DNA of 64,000 nt from contig JBAZWG010000001.1 of the NCBI GenBank assembly GCA_041660505.1, positions 609,768 through 673,767 of the forward strand. Direction: 5' to 3'. The notes under the pieces were generated by a model. That model searched no databases. It saw only the letters and a program-made list of their open reading frames with translations, and had not been told where the DNA came from. This stretch comes from Minisyncoccota bacterium (lineage in GTDB: Bacteria; Patescibacteriota; Minisyncoccia; Phycocordibacterales; JACRKE01). Shown here one piece after another: positions 1 to 8,546 of this stretch. The translations under genes and the position numbers were made by a program. Within the stretch, counting starts at the first letter, position 1. The number at the start of each line of letters is the position of its first letter.

Positions 1-61
1 CTGTAATTAGGGCTGTTTGAGTTTTTCGTGATTTTATAGTATTATCATAGTTTGAGAGAAT

Positions 62-134
62 GCGCGTGTAGCTCAGTTGGTAGAGCATTCCGCTGATACC
101 GGAAAGGTCCTTGGTTCGACCCCAAGCACGCGCA
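62..134 (+). tRNA. tRNA-Ile (GAT)
   Basis: Acceptor stem GCGCGTG/CACGCGC, D-arm TAGCTCAGTTGGTAGAGC, anticodon arm TTCCG-CTGATAC-CGGAA, T-loop GGTTCGAC. CCA is not encoded (followed by CCG). Confidence 0.96.
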
Positions 135-138
135 CCGA

Positions 139-1482
139 ATGTATTCTTCAGATTATTTCAAAGGCAAAAAGATCACCGTCATGGGTTTGGGCCTTTTGGG
201 GCGGGGGATTGGTATTACCAAGTTCTTGGCGGAACATGGTGCTTTGCTCACGGTGACAGATTTAAAAACGAAAGAAGAACTTGCCCCGGCTTTGGAGAAA
301 CTTGCAGAGCTCAAAAATATCACCTACGTTCTGGGCGAACATCGGCTTGAAGATTTTAGTAAGGCTGATATGGTTATTCGCGCGCCGAACGCACCGCTCG
401 ATTCTATATATCTTGCCGAAGCCAGAAAAAATAATGTGCCAATAAAAATGGACGCTTCGCTCTTCGCCGAACTCGTGCCCGAAGACGTCACGCTCATTGG
501 TGTGACCGGTACGCGTGGCAAGAGCACGGCCGTCCAGCTCGTTTACGAAATGCTCAAGTTAGCGGGAAAGTCAGTCTATCTCGGTGGCAACGTACGTGAC
601 ACTGCAACATTGCCACTGCTTGATATTGTAAAGTCGGGCGACTATGTTGTACTCGAGCTCGATTCATGGCAGCTCCAAGGCTTCGATGAAGATAAGGTTA
701 GCCCGACTATTGCAGTCTTTACATCATTCTTCCCCGATCATTTGAACTATTATGCCGGTGACATGCAGAGGTACTGGCATGATAAGGCGTCGATATTTCG
801 CCATCAAAAGCCGGGCGATAAGCTTATTGTTAGCACGCAGATACAGACAGAAATGTGGAAGCACGGAGAGAGCAGAAAGCTCGACGCTATCGCCGATGTT
901 GCCAATGTGTCGGACTGGAAAATTAGGATGCGTGGCGAGCATAATAAGTTGAACGTGACACTTGCCCGCGAGACAGCGAAGTTGCTCGGCGTTAACGATG
1001 ATGTCATAAAAAAAGTTGCCGAAAGCTTCGGCGGATTACCAGGCCGGCAGGAGATCGTAGGAGAAGCGAATGAAGTCTTGTATGTGAATGACACGAACGG
1101 TACCTCGCCCGAGGCCGTCATGGCGGCGCTGGAATCGTTCTCTGATTACAAAGGCAAAATAATTTTACTCTGCGGGGGATTCGATAAAGGCTTAGACTAT
1201 CGCGAGCTCGTCGCAAAATTTCCCGAGTATTTGAAAGCATTAATTCTGTTTAAGGGGACGGCGAGTGACAAAATCGAATGGGAGATAGGAGTTGGGAGTT
1301 GGGAGATAGGGAAATTCGTAAACATGAGCACAATGCACGAAGCGTTTGCAAAAGCGCAAGAACTGGCTAAGCCGGGAGATGTAGTACTATTATCGCCTGG
1401 CGCGGCATCGTTTGGCATCTTTAAAAATGAATATGACAGGGGCGATCAGTTTATTGCCGAGGTCAAGGCGGTAAAACCATAA
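139..1482 (+). CDS. murD: UDP-N-acetylmuramoyl-L-alanine--D-glutamate ligase
   Basis: N-terminal GLGLLGRG, P-loop GVTGTRGKST, LELDSWQL, DHLNYY, VNDT, LLSPGAASFGIFKNEYDRGDQF. Confidence 0.95.
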   Translation: MYSSDYFKGKKITVMGLGLLGRGIGITKFLAEHGALLTVTDLKTKEELAPALEKLAELKNITYVLGEHRLEDFSKADMVIRAPNAPLDSIYLAEARKNNVPIKMDASLFAELVPEDVTLIGVTGTRGKSTAVQLVYEMLKLAGKSVYLGGNVRDTATLPLLDIVKSGDYVVLELDSWQLQGFDEDKVSPTIAVFTSFFPDHLNYYAGDMQRYWHDKASIFRHQKPGDKLIVSTQIQTEMWKHGESRKLDAIADVANVSDWKIRMRGEHNKLNVTLARETAKLLGVNDDVIKKVAESFGGLPGRQEIVGEANEVLYVNDTNGTSPEAVMAALESFSDYKGKIILLCGGFDKGLDYRELVAKFPEYLKALILFKGTASDKIEWEIGVGSWEIGKFVNMSTMHEAFAKAQELAKPGDVVLLSPGAASFGIFKNEYDRGDQFIAEVKAVKP

Positions 1483-1524
1483 AAGTGCTATAGTTATTAG
1501 CAATTAACAAATAATAATAAATTT

Positions 1525-1803
1525 ATGACAGAAGGTATCCCAACGGAATCAGCACCAGCCGATTCTATCGAAGAAATATTGAAGAATGATGAATCGTACC
1601 AAAATTCTCTCAAGAGGCTGCAAGAAGTGGGCGTTAATATTACAGAGTTAGTTCAGACGCTTTGTTCATTGGATGCAAGGCAGTTAAGGGATTTGTCCGT
1701 ATATCTTCCTAGTATGATTGAGACTATCGCCAGTGCAAAGAACGCACTTAGACAGAAAGAATTAGAAAAAGACCCTAACTACAAAAAACCCGTTTGGAGG
1801 TAA
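1525..1803 (+). CDS. hypothetical protein (92 aa)
   Basis: Clean ORF between murD and murC with AT-rich upstream region; no recognisable motif. Confidence 0.6.
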   Translation: MTEGIPTESAPADSIEEILKNDESYQNSLKRLQEVGVNITELVQTLCSLDARQLRDLSVYLPSMIETIASAKNALRQKELEKDPNYKKPVWR

Positions 1804-3053
1804 TGTCTGACATATTACAAAAAGCGAAGCACATTCACTTCGTCGGCATCGGCGGGATTGGCATTTCTGCAATTGCTCGGATGATGCTTGCTGAAGGGCG
1901 GATGGTGACGGGGTCAGATACGCATGCTTCGCATGTCACTGATGAGCTTTCTAAATTAGGGGCGGTTATCACTTTTGACCAGAGTACACAGACTATTCCT
2001 GCCACGACTAATCTGGTTATTTATACCGCGGCGATACCTGTTGCTGACGTGTCATTTTTTGAGGCGATGAAGGCACTGCCTGTTCCTTCACTTTCTTACC
2101 CCGAGGCACTGCGCGAAGTAACCAAAGAGAAGTTTACTATCGCAGTGGCCGGCACTCATGGCAAGACGACGACGACTGCCATGATTGCAAAGGTTATGAT
2201 GGATGCCGGGCTTGACCCCACTGTCATCGTCGGCTCTATACTCCTTGACCATAAAAGCAATTTTATCGCTGGTAAAAGCAAATATCTAGTAGTAGAAGCA
2301 GATGAATATCAGCGCGGATTCTTGAATCTCTCACCGCACATCTTGGTCATAACCAATATCGGTGTTGATCATTTGGATTATTATAAGGATTTAGCAGAAA
2401 TTCAAGCAACGTTTGACGAATTGGTTGCGCGGGTCACACCGGGTGGTCACGTGATAAAACCGGCAGACTGGTCGCTTGTTAATCCGCCAAAACAATTATT
2501 GATTCCCGGTTTGCATAATAGGCAGAACGCGCAGGCCGCGCTTGCCGTTGCGGAGGTATTAGGAATATCGCGAGAAAAGGCTGAAGCATCGCTCGCAAAC
2601 TTCCAAGGTACTTGGCGCAGATTTGAATATAAAGGCACGACCAAAGAAGGAGCATTGGTCTATGACGATTACGCACATAATCCAGACAAAGTCAGAGCGG
2701 CTCTGCAGGGTGCAAGAGAAAAGTTCCCGGATCGGAAAATCATTGCAGTATTCCAACCCCACTTGTATAGCCGAACCAAGTCGCTTCTCCCACAGTTCGC
2801 GGAAAGTTTTAACGATGCTGACGAAGTCTTTCTCGTTCCTATTTACGGCGCTCGCGAGTCTCTTGACCCGACGATTACGGCAGAGATGCTCGCAGAAGCA
2901 TTGCGCATACATCACGAGCGCGTGTTCGTCTTCCCTGATTTCGAAGCGGTGGAAACATATCTCCACACCATACTTACTCCCGAGTGCGTCGTGATGATGA
3001 TTGGTGCCGGAAGTATTACAGAGCTGGCGAGTAAACTTATTGCAGAAAAATAA
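1803..3053 (+). CDS. murC: UDP-N-acetylmuramate--L-alanine ligase
   Basis: HFVGIGGIGISAIA, AGTHGKTTTT, VEADE, DDYAHNP, FQPHLYSRT; ATG at 1803 overlaps the upstream stop. Confidence 0.95.
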   Translation: MSDILQKAKHIHFVGIGGIGISAIARMMLAEGRMVTGSDTHASHVTDELSKLGAVITFDQSTQTIPATTNLVIYTAAIPVADVSFFEAMKALPVPSLSYPEALREVTKEKFTIAVAGTHGKTTTTAMIAKVMMDAGLDPTVIVGSILLDHKSNFIAGKSKYLVVEADEYQRGFLNLSPHILVITNIGVDHLDYYKDLAEIQATFDELVARVTPGGHVIKPADWSLVNPPKQLLIPGLHNRQNAQAALAVAEVLGISREKAEASLANFQGTWRRFEYKGTTKEGALVYDDYAHNPDKVRAALQGAREKFPDRKIIAVFQPHLYSRTKSLLPQFAESFNDADEVFLVPIYGARESLDPTITAEMLAEALRIHHERVFVFPDFEAVETYLHTILTPECVVMMIGAGSITELASKLIAEK

Positions 3054-3054
3054 T

Positions 3055-3744
3055 ATGGCTACATTATATATAGTCGCCACGCCGATAGGCAATCTCGAAG
3101 ATATCACCCTTCGTGCTATCAGAATTCTAAAAGAAGTCGACACCATTGTCTGCGAAGATACGCGCGTGACGAAAAAGCTTTTAGAAAAATATCTGGACAA
3201 CCCAAAAAGAGTTTTGTCGTTCCATGCCCATAGTGATGAAGGTAAGGTGACAGAGCTTATTACATTACTCACTGAAGGCAAGTCGGTAGCACTCGTAACA
3301 GACGCGGGGACGCCTGGCGTGTCAGACCCGGGTTCACGGCTCGTCTCGGCTGTACGCAAAGAGTTTGGTGATGAAGTGCGTACAGAACCAATTCCCGGCC
3401 CATCGGCAATCACCACGGCACTTTCTGTCGCCGGAATCGAGGCTTCGGCATTTACTTTCCTCGGATTCTTGCCACACAAGAAAGGAAGAGAGACGTTATT
3501 TAACGAAATAAAAAATAGTGAACGCACGATGATATTTTATGAGTCATCTCACAGGATATTGAAGACCATAGAACGACTCGCCGAACTCTTGAGCGAGACG
3601 CGAAAAGTGGTAATTGCCCGCGAACTGACGAAAAAATTCGAAGAAATCATCTCCGGTACGCCGGCAGAGGTGCTCGCGAAGATGAAAGAGACTCCGGACA
3701 GAGAAAGGGGCGAGTTTGTCGTATTGGTCGGTCCTCTGGTATAA
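3055..3744 (+). CDS. rsmI: 16S rRNA (cytidine1402-2'-O)-methyltransferase
   Basis: LYIVATPIGNLEDITLRA, CEDTR, DAGTPGVSDPG, ARELTKKFEE. Confidence 0.95.
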   Translation: MATLYIVATPIGNLEDITLRAIRILKEVDTIVCEDTRVTKKLLEKYLDNPKRVLSFHAHSDEGKVTELITLLTEGKSVALVTDAGTPGVSDPGSRLVSAVRKEFGDEVRTEPIPGPSAITTALSVAGIEASAFTFLGFLPHKKGRETLFNEIKNSERTMIFYESSHRILKTIERLAELLSETRKVVIARELTKKFEEIISGTPAEVLAKMKETPDRERGEFVVLVGPLV

Positions 3745-3764
3745 TGGCAGAATAATCACTTTGT

Positions 3765-3977
3765 ATGCATAAACTGAACCACATTTGGCAAAATAGACTC
3801 GTGACCATCCTCGGCTTCATTGTCCTTGTATTGCCACTTACCGGCTTCCCGCACAGTTGGACAGATAACTTTTATTTTTTACTCGGCTTAGCTATCGTCA
3901 TCATCTCATTCCAGCTCGGCAGATTCTTGGTCTATGGCGAAGAGCATGGCGAAAATAATGTTAAAGGGAAAAAATAA
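3765..3977 (+). CDS. small membrane protein (2 TM)
   Basis: Two hydrophobic segments around LPLTGFP; -10-like element just upstream. Confidence 0.65.
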   Translation: MHKLNHIWQNRLVTILGFIVLVLPLTGFPHSWTDNFYFLLGLAIVIISFQLGRFLVYGEEHGENNVKGKK

Positions 3978-5322
3978 GATACTCGCACTCGCCTTAGCTG
4001 GGCTCTTTGCGGGCTTTGTTCTTATTGGGGGAGCTTCTCGCCTGCCTTTTATCAGCAAATATCTGCAAGCGAGCAGTGTTTACGTACGCGATACACCAGA
4101 GCCGATAGCAATAAAAGTTGCTTCTACAACGCAAGATCAAGCCAAGTTTGCCTTTATCGCGCCGGTAGTTGCATTACACGAGCCGCGGCCGGAAAAATTG
4201 AAGGCGATATATATATCAAGCTGGTCGGCCGGCTCGGCGACACAGATGAAGCGTCTCATCGGCCTTATAGATCGCACAGAAATAAATGCCGTCGTAATAG
4301 ATATTAAAGATGCGACAGGCGAGATCGCCTTCCATGTGAACGATCCGGCGCTTAAGGCGATGGGCACGGAATCCAATCGCATCGGCAATATAGATAGTCT
4401 TATCAAAGAGCTTCATGCTAAAAATATTTACGTCATCGGCCGAGTCTCGACCTTCCAAGACCCGCTCTTCGCCAAGATCCATCCAGAACTTGCGGTCATT
4501 CGCAAAAGCGATGGCAAATTTTGGCGCGATAGGAAAGGTTTAAGCTGGCTTGACGCCGGCGCCAAGAAGACTTGGGACTATATTATTGCAATAGCGAAAG
4601 AATCTTACTCAAGAGGCTTTGACGAAATTAATTTCGATTACATCCGCTTCCCCTCGGATGGGAATATGAAAGATATCGCCTACAGATTTTATGACGAGGC
4701 CAAACTTACTAAACCGGCGCAAATGAAATTATTTTATGAATATCTGCACAATGCGATGCAAGATAGCCCCACCCCCAACCCCTCCCCGAAGGAGAGGGGA
4801 GGAATATTTTCAAGCGACCAAGGTCTCTCCTCAAGGAGCGAAGCGGGAAGAGGTGAGTCCTTGGTCTCCACCGCCATCCCGCACTCCGCCGACCTCTTCG
4901 GTATGACCACAACCGCCGACGATGATATGGGTATCGGCCAGATGCTGACTGACGCGCTCCCATACTTCGACTATATTTGCCCGATGATATATCCATCGCA
5001 TTACGGCCCGGGCATCAACGGTTACAAAAAGCCGGCGCAATATCCGTACGAAATGGTGGCGTATGCCCTTGAAGGCGCTCTTGCTAAAGCCTCCTCGACC
5101 GACAAGTGGCAAGGTGAGTCCTTACCTAAAGGGGAAGGTCTCTCCTTGCCACCAAGCTATAAAAAAATCGTCCCATGGCTCCAAGACTTCGACATGGGCG
5201 CCACCTACGACGCAGGTATGGTAAGAGCCCAAATAAAAGCGACAGAAGACGCCGGCCTAACGAGCTGGTTACTGTGGGATCCTGCAAACAGATACACAGA
5301 GGGGGCTTTGCAGAAGGAATAG
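3958..5322 (+). CDS. putative glycoside hydrolase (DUF4015-like TIM barrel), membrane-anchored
   Basis: N-terminal TM, NAVVIDIKD, GFDEINFDYIRFP, PMIYPSHY, PWLQDF, LWDPANRY. Carries repeat-derived in-frame insertions. Start could be 3934, 3946 or 3958. Confidence 0.8.
   Translation: MLKGKNKILALALAGLFAGFVLIGGASRLPFISKYLQASSVYVRDTPEPIAIKVASTTQDQAKFAFIAPVVALHEPRPEKLKAIYISSWSAGSATQMKRLIGLIDRTEINAVVIDIKDATGEIAFHVNDPALKAMGTESNRIGNIDSLIKELHAKNIYVIGRVSTFQDPLFAKIHPELAVIRKSDGKFWRDRKGLSWLDAGAKKTWDYIIAIAKESYSRGFDEINFDYIRFPSDGNMKDIAYRFYDEAKLTKPAQMKLFYEYLHNAMQDSPTPNPSPKERGGIFSSDQGLSSRSEAGRGESLVSTAIPHSADLFGMTTTADDDMGIGQMLTDALPYFDYICPMIYPSHYGPGINGYKKPAQYPYEMVAYALEGALAKASSTDKWQGESLPKGEGLSLPPSYKKIVPWLQDFDMGATYDAGMVRAQIKATEDAGLTSWLLWDPANRYTEGALQKE
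4767..4800 (+). repeat. REP-like palindrome family C (CCCTCYCCGAAGGAGAGGG), in frame in CDS
   Basis: Related copies at 18385-18416, 21058-21090, 40998-41082 (inverted pair) and 56258-56290. Confidence 0.8.
4816..4866. repeat. REP-like doublet family B (RAGG-N5-CCTY pair), in frame in CDS
   Basis: GACCAAGGTCTCTCCTC...GAGGTGAGTCCTTGGTC inverted repeat; related copies at 5106-5152 and 60901-60938. Confidence 0.7.
5106..5152. repeat. REP-like doublet family B, in frame in CDS
   Basis: GTGGCAAGGTGAGTCCTT...AAGGTCTCTCCTTGCCAC. Confidence 0.7.
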
Positions 5323-5329
5323 AAACGAA

Positions 5330-5365
5330 ACAGCCAGCTCCCATGAAAAATCAGGAACTGGCTGT
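5330..5365. terminator. intrinsic terminator between convergent genes
   Basis: ACAGCCAGCTCC...GGAACTGGCTGT hairpin with U-rich tail on the minus strand. Confidence 0.7.
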
Positions 5366-5405
5366 CCGGCTTGATAGGCAAAAAACTTGAGTCGACGGGA
5401 ATCTG

Positions 5406-6953
5406 TCAGACCGTCGACGGATACTTCTGCTCCACGTCTCGATCGTGGAGTTGTTTGATGATTTCTTCGATCGCCCCATACTGCTCGGGTGAGACCGTCG
5501 AGACGTTCGGGGTTATGATCAGGGGCTCCTCGCACGTTTCGTGGTAGCCCCAATCTGGGTGTACCCCGAACTTCTGCTTCAACGACCGGAAGGCCGCCAC
5601 CGTGAACTTCCCGATTATCCATCGGGCAATGTCCTCGATGTTCTGGTTCTTCCGAAAGCTGAACTGCGGGTACTGCGTCGTGAGCTCTAGGATGAAGTCG
5701 CCCGGCGTCCGTGTTCTCGTCTGCCCGAGCTGGCGAGCGCACGACCAGATCTTCGCAATCTTCAAGTTCTGGTCCCTTTTGCCGACCATTCGGCGAATGA
5801 GGACCAGATAGTAGATCCCGATCTGAACAACCCGATTGTACGTCGGGGTGCTGAACGACACACCCTTGTCTTCCGCCACCTGCTTCACCTCGCGGTGCAG
5901 GATCTTGTTCGTGTGGTAGACGTGCTTCCAGTAACGGAAGGTGTCCACCCCGAACATTGTCCTGGCCCGGCCTGCTGCGTGGATGATGCCGTTACAGCAG
6001 GAGAGGAATCCCTCCGGAGTGAAGAAGAGTGCGTGCTTCGTGAGAAGCGCGTGGTTCTGGTCGATATCCCTACAGTTCATGTAGTGGACGATGTCCCAGA
6101 TCTTGAGCTTTTCCACGCCGTCCGCGTCGACGCCGAGCTCGGCCGCAACCACCCAGATGTTCGTCACCTGGGGGCCGCAGACTATGTCCTTGTCGGTGAG
6201 GGGCAGTTCGGCCCAGAGGATTCGCTCAACGAGCCTGATGGAAATGGCTTTCAGTTCCTCTTCCGACAGCCACTCTGGTGGCGGAATAACCCTGAGCACG
6301 ATCAAGTAGACATAGATCTTCAAAAACAGCCTTGCGACTCCTCCTTTGTATCCAGTCTGCTTGACCTTGAAGCGGGCCGTTTCGTCCGATTCTCCCTTCT
6401 TGCGAGTGGGGAAGCGGATGTCGACCACCGCCGTTTCGATCGCCTCCCTCATCTCCTTGTTGGGGATCTGGGGGATGCTGTCGACGACCAGCTTGGTCGG
6501 TACCTCGCGGTACGTTCCAAACTTGATCTCCTCTTCTGGAACGACAACGACAGAGAGCCCCTTGACCTGCTCGATGACCTTCTTGGCGAAGGCCTCTTCA
6601 GGTTTGTCGGTGCTTTCCTCTTCTTCCTCCGAAGGCATCGCCGGCGTCTTCAGGCCGGAGTCGTGTGCCATTTCCCGAAGAAGGTTGAACGAGCAACTCA
6701 TGATCCTTCGGATCTCTTCCTGGATCTCGGTGGGGAGATTGCAGGCCCGCATATCCCGGAGGACAATGCGGATGAGACAGAGAAAGCGTGCGAACAACCC
6801 GAAGGTGTTCCGCGCCTTCTTCATCCCGTCAACGATGATCTCCTTGTACTCGTCAAACTTGTGGACGAGCTTCCAGCGCGTTTCGTCTGGATAGATGTAT
6901 CGTCGTTCCGAGTCCATTTCTACCTGATTAACCTCTGTTTCCGTGGTTCCCAT
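5406..6953 (-). CDS. hypothetical protein (515 aa)
   Basis: Long ORF with AGGAGG SD, own extended -10 and downstream terminator; no family recognised. Confidence 0.8.
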   Translation of the reverse strand: MGTTETEVNQVEMDSERRYIYPDETRWKLVHKFDEYKEIIVDGMKKARNTFGLFARFLCLIRIVLRDMRACNLPTEIQEEIRRIMSCSFNLLREMAHDSGLKTPAMPSEEEEESTDKPEEAFAKKVIEQVKGLSVVVVPEEEIKFGTYREVPTKLVVDSIPQIPNKEMREAIETAVVDIRFPTRKKGESDETARFKVKQTGYKGGVARLFLKIYVYLIVLRVIPPPEWLSEEELKAISIRLVERILWAELPLTDKDIVCGPQVTNIWVVAAELGVDADGVEKLKIWDIVHYMNCRDIDQNHALLTKHALFFTPEGFLSCCNGIIHAAGRARTMFGVDTFRYWKHVYHTNKILHREVKQVAEDKGVSFSTPTYNRVVQIGIYYLVLIRRMVGKRDQNLKIAKIWSCARQLGQTRTRTPGDFILELTTQYPQFSFRKNQNIEDIARWIIGKFTVAAFRSLKQKFGVHPDWGYHETCEEPLIITPNVSTVSPEQYGAIEEIIKQLHDRDVEQKYPSTV

Positions 6954-7171
6954 GGTTCCCTCCTAGGTTCCCGGTTCCCGTTCCCGTATTCCTTTTTTGC
7001 CTATTTATTTGCCAAAGACCGATACACTGCCTATTTTTAGGCTAGGTTGACATGCTAGCATAAATTAGAGCTGTTTCCCAGAGAAATTATTTGCATAATC
7101 GTCAAATTAGTGCTATTATACAAAGTAATATTCGATTCCAGAAACGCTGTTTGAAAAAAGGAAGGTGATTA

Positions 7172-7870
7172 ATGTCCGAAACCAGAGAAGAGTTGCAGGT
7201 GCGGCTCGGCATCAAGTTCAATAATCCAGAGTTGCTGGCCGAGGCCCTTCGGCACAAGTCAGTCTCGCCACTCGGCAAGAAAAACAAACCGCAACCGCCG
7301 TATGAACGACTCGAATTCTTCGGCGACGCTGTGATTGACTACGTCGTGAGCAAGCGCCTTTTCCGGCGAAGCCCGCCACTGTCTCAAGGGCGCATGACCC
7401 AGGCGTTCACGAGCCTCGCTTCGCGTATGGCGCTTGGTGAGCTGGCAGAGGAAATAGACCTCTTCCCTCACATCGAGTTCTGCCCTGGCTTTGGCGACAA
7501 CATGTCTATCGAGTTGAGACATAATGTCGTCGGGGACGTCTATGAGGCTCTCGTCGGTGCCATCCACGAGGACCAGGGCTTCGAGACTGCTGAGAATTTC
7601 GTCGAACGCACGGCCATGGCGAAACTCGATGAACTGCTCGCCGGCAAGAACCTTCTCGACCACAAGAACCAGCTTTCTCGGTTCTTGCAGGGTCGTCATC
7701 ACAAGAGAGTCTACCCAGAGTACCAGCTCATCGGGCGTAAGTCTGATGGCGTCTACGTCTCTCAAGTGAGTCACGACGGCAAGAACCTCGGCCAAGGCGA
7801 AGGCAAGACCCAGACCGCCTCAGAGCTCAATGCCGCCAAGGAGGCGCTCGAGATTCTCAAGAAGCGGTAG
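7172..7870 (+). CDS. rnc: ribonuclease III (divergent)
   Basis: ERLEFFGDAVI signature, GDVYEALVGAIHED, C-terminal dsRBD (PEYQL...GEGKTQTASELNAAKEAL). Confidence 0.9.
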   Translation: MSETREELQVRLGIKFNNPELLAEALRHKSVSPLGKKNKPQPPYERLEFFGDAVIDYVVSKRLFRRSPPLSQGRMTQAFTSLASRMALGELAEEIDLFPHIEFCPGFGDNMSIELRHNVVGDVYEALVGAIHEDQGFETAENFVERTAMAKLDELLAGKNLLDHKNQLSRFLQGRHHKRVYPEYQLIGRKSDGVYVSQVSHDGKNLGQGEGKTQTASELNAAKEALEILKKR

Positions 7871-7912
7871 CGGATTCACATCCGCTCGGAAATCTACACG
7901 ATTCGTTCGTGG

Positions 7913-7941
7913 GAAAACATCCGGGTGGGTGTTTTCTTTTT
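7913..7941 (+). terminator. intrinsic terminator after rnc
   Basis: GAAAACATCC-GGGT-GGGTGTTTTC followed by T-run. Confidence 0.7.
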
Positions 7942-8075
7942 CCTATAAAAAAATTATTTGCTGTTAAGTTTTGCCTGTGTTATAATCATGAACTTCGCAA
8001 ACGCGAGGTGCTCAAAGTACGGCACCCGCGTCCGCGGAGTGTTATGTTCTTTGAGCTGAATGGAAGGAGAATGCC

Positions 8076-8294
8076 ATGTCTCTCACTCAACGGGAGTTCA
8101 GGAAGAACCTCGTCAAGGCCAAGAAGGCCAAGAGGATTCGGAAAATCAAGGAGAAGAGGCGCGCTTTGCGCGCTAAGAATGGCCAGCCGTCGCCGAATGG
8201 CGTGAAGCCTGCACGGGTGTCGCTCCCGCACATGAGCGACACCCTGCCTGTGCCGGCGGCCATGTTGGCTCAGCCGGCCCAGTCCGACCAGTGA
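8076..8294 (+). CDS. small Lys/Arg-rich protein (72 aa)
   Basis: TGnTATAAT at 7978-7986, SD AAGGAG, terminator at 8316-8384. Confidence 0.65.
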   Translation: MSLTQREFRKNLVKAKKAKRIRKIKEKRRALRAKNGQPSPNGVKPARVSLPHMSDTLPVPAAMLAQPAQSDQ

Positions 8295-8315
8295 CCTTCC
8301 TAGTTCAGCAGTTCG

Positions 8316-8384
8316 CACCCCCGGGTGATTTTAATCTCGCGACTCACAGCGCGGGAGAGGGACACCGGGGGTGTTTCTTTTTTC
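8316..8384 (+). terminator. long-stem terminator
   Basis: CACCCCCGG...CCGGGGGTG with internal TCTCGCG/CGCGGGA stem and T-tail. Confidence 0.65.
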
Positions 8385-8546
8385 TCCGGAATTTTCAAGA
8401 TTAGTCTTTTTCCGAAATTTGTTTTCTTATTTTTAAAACCGTTAGCGCGTTACTTTTTTTGTGTTAGACTCCGCATGATACAGAGACCAACTACTGAAAC
8501 AGACACGCGCCTTTGAACGGTGCATTTGACAAGGAGGAATGACAGC

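Noticed and set aside
5895-7040. 381-aa plus-strand ORF
   Set aside because: Antisense shadow of the SD-led 515-aa gene; typical of GC3-rich coding DNA
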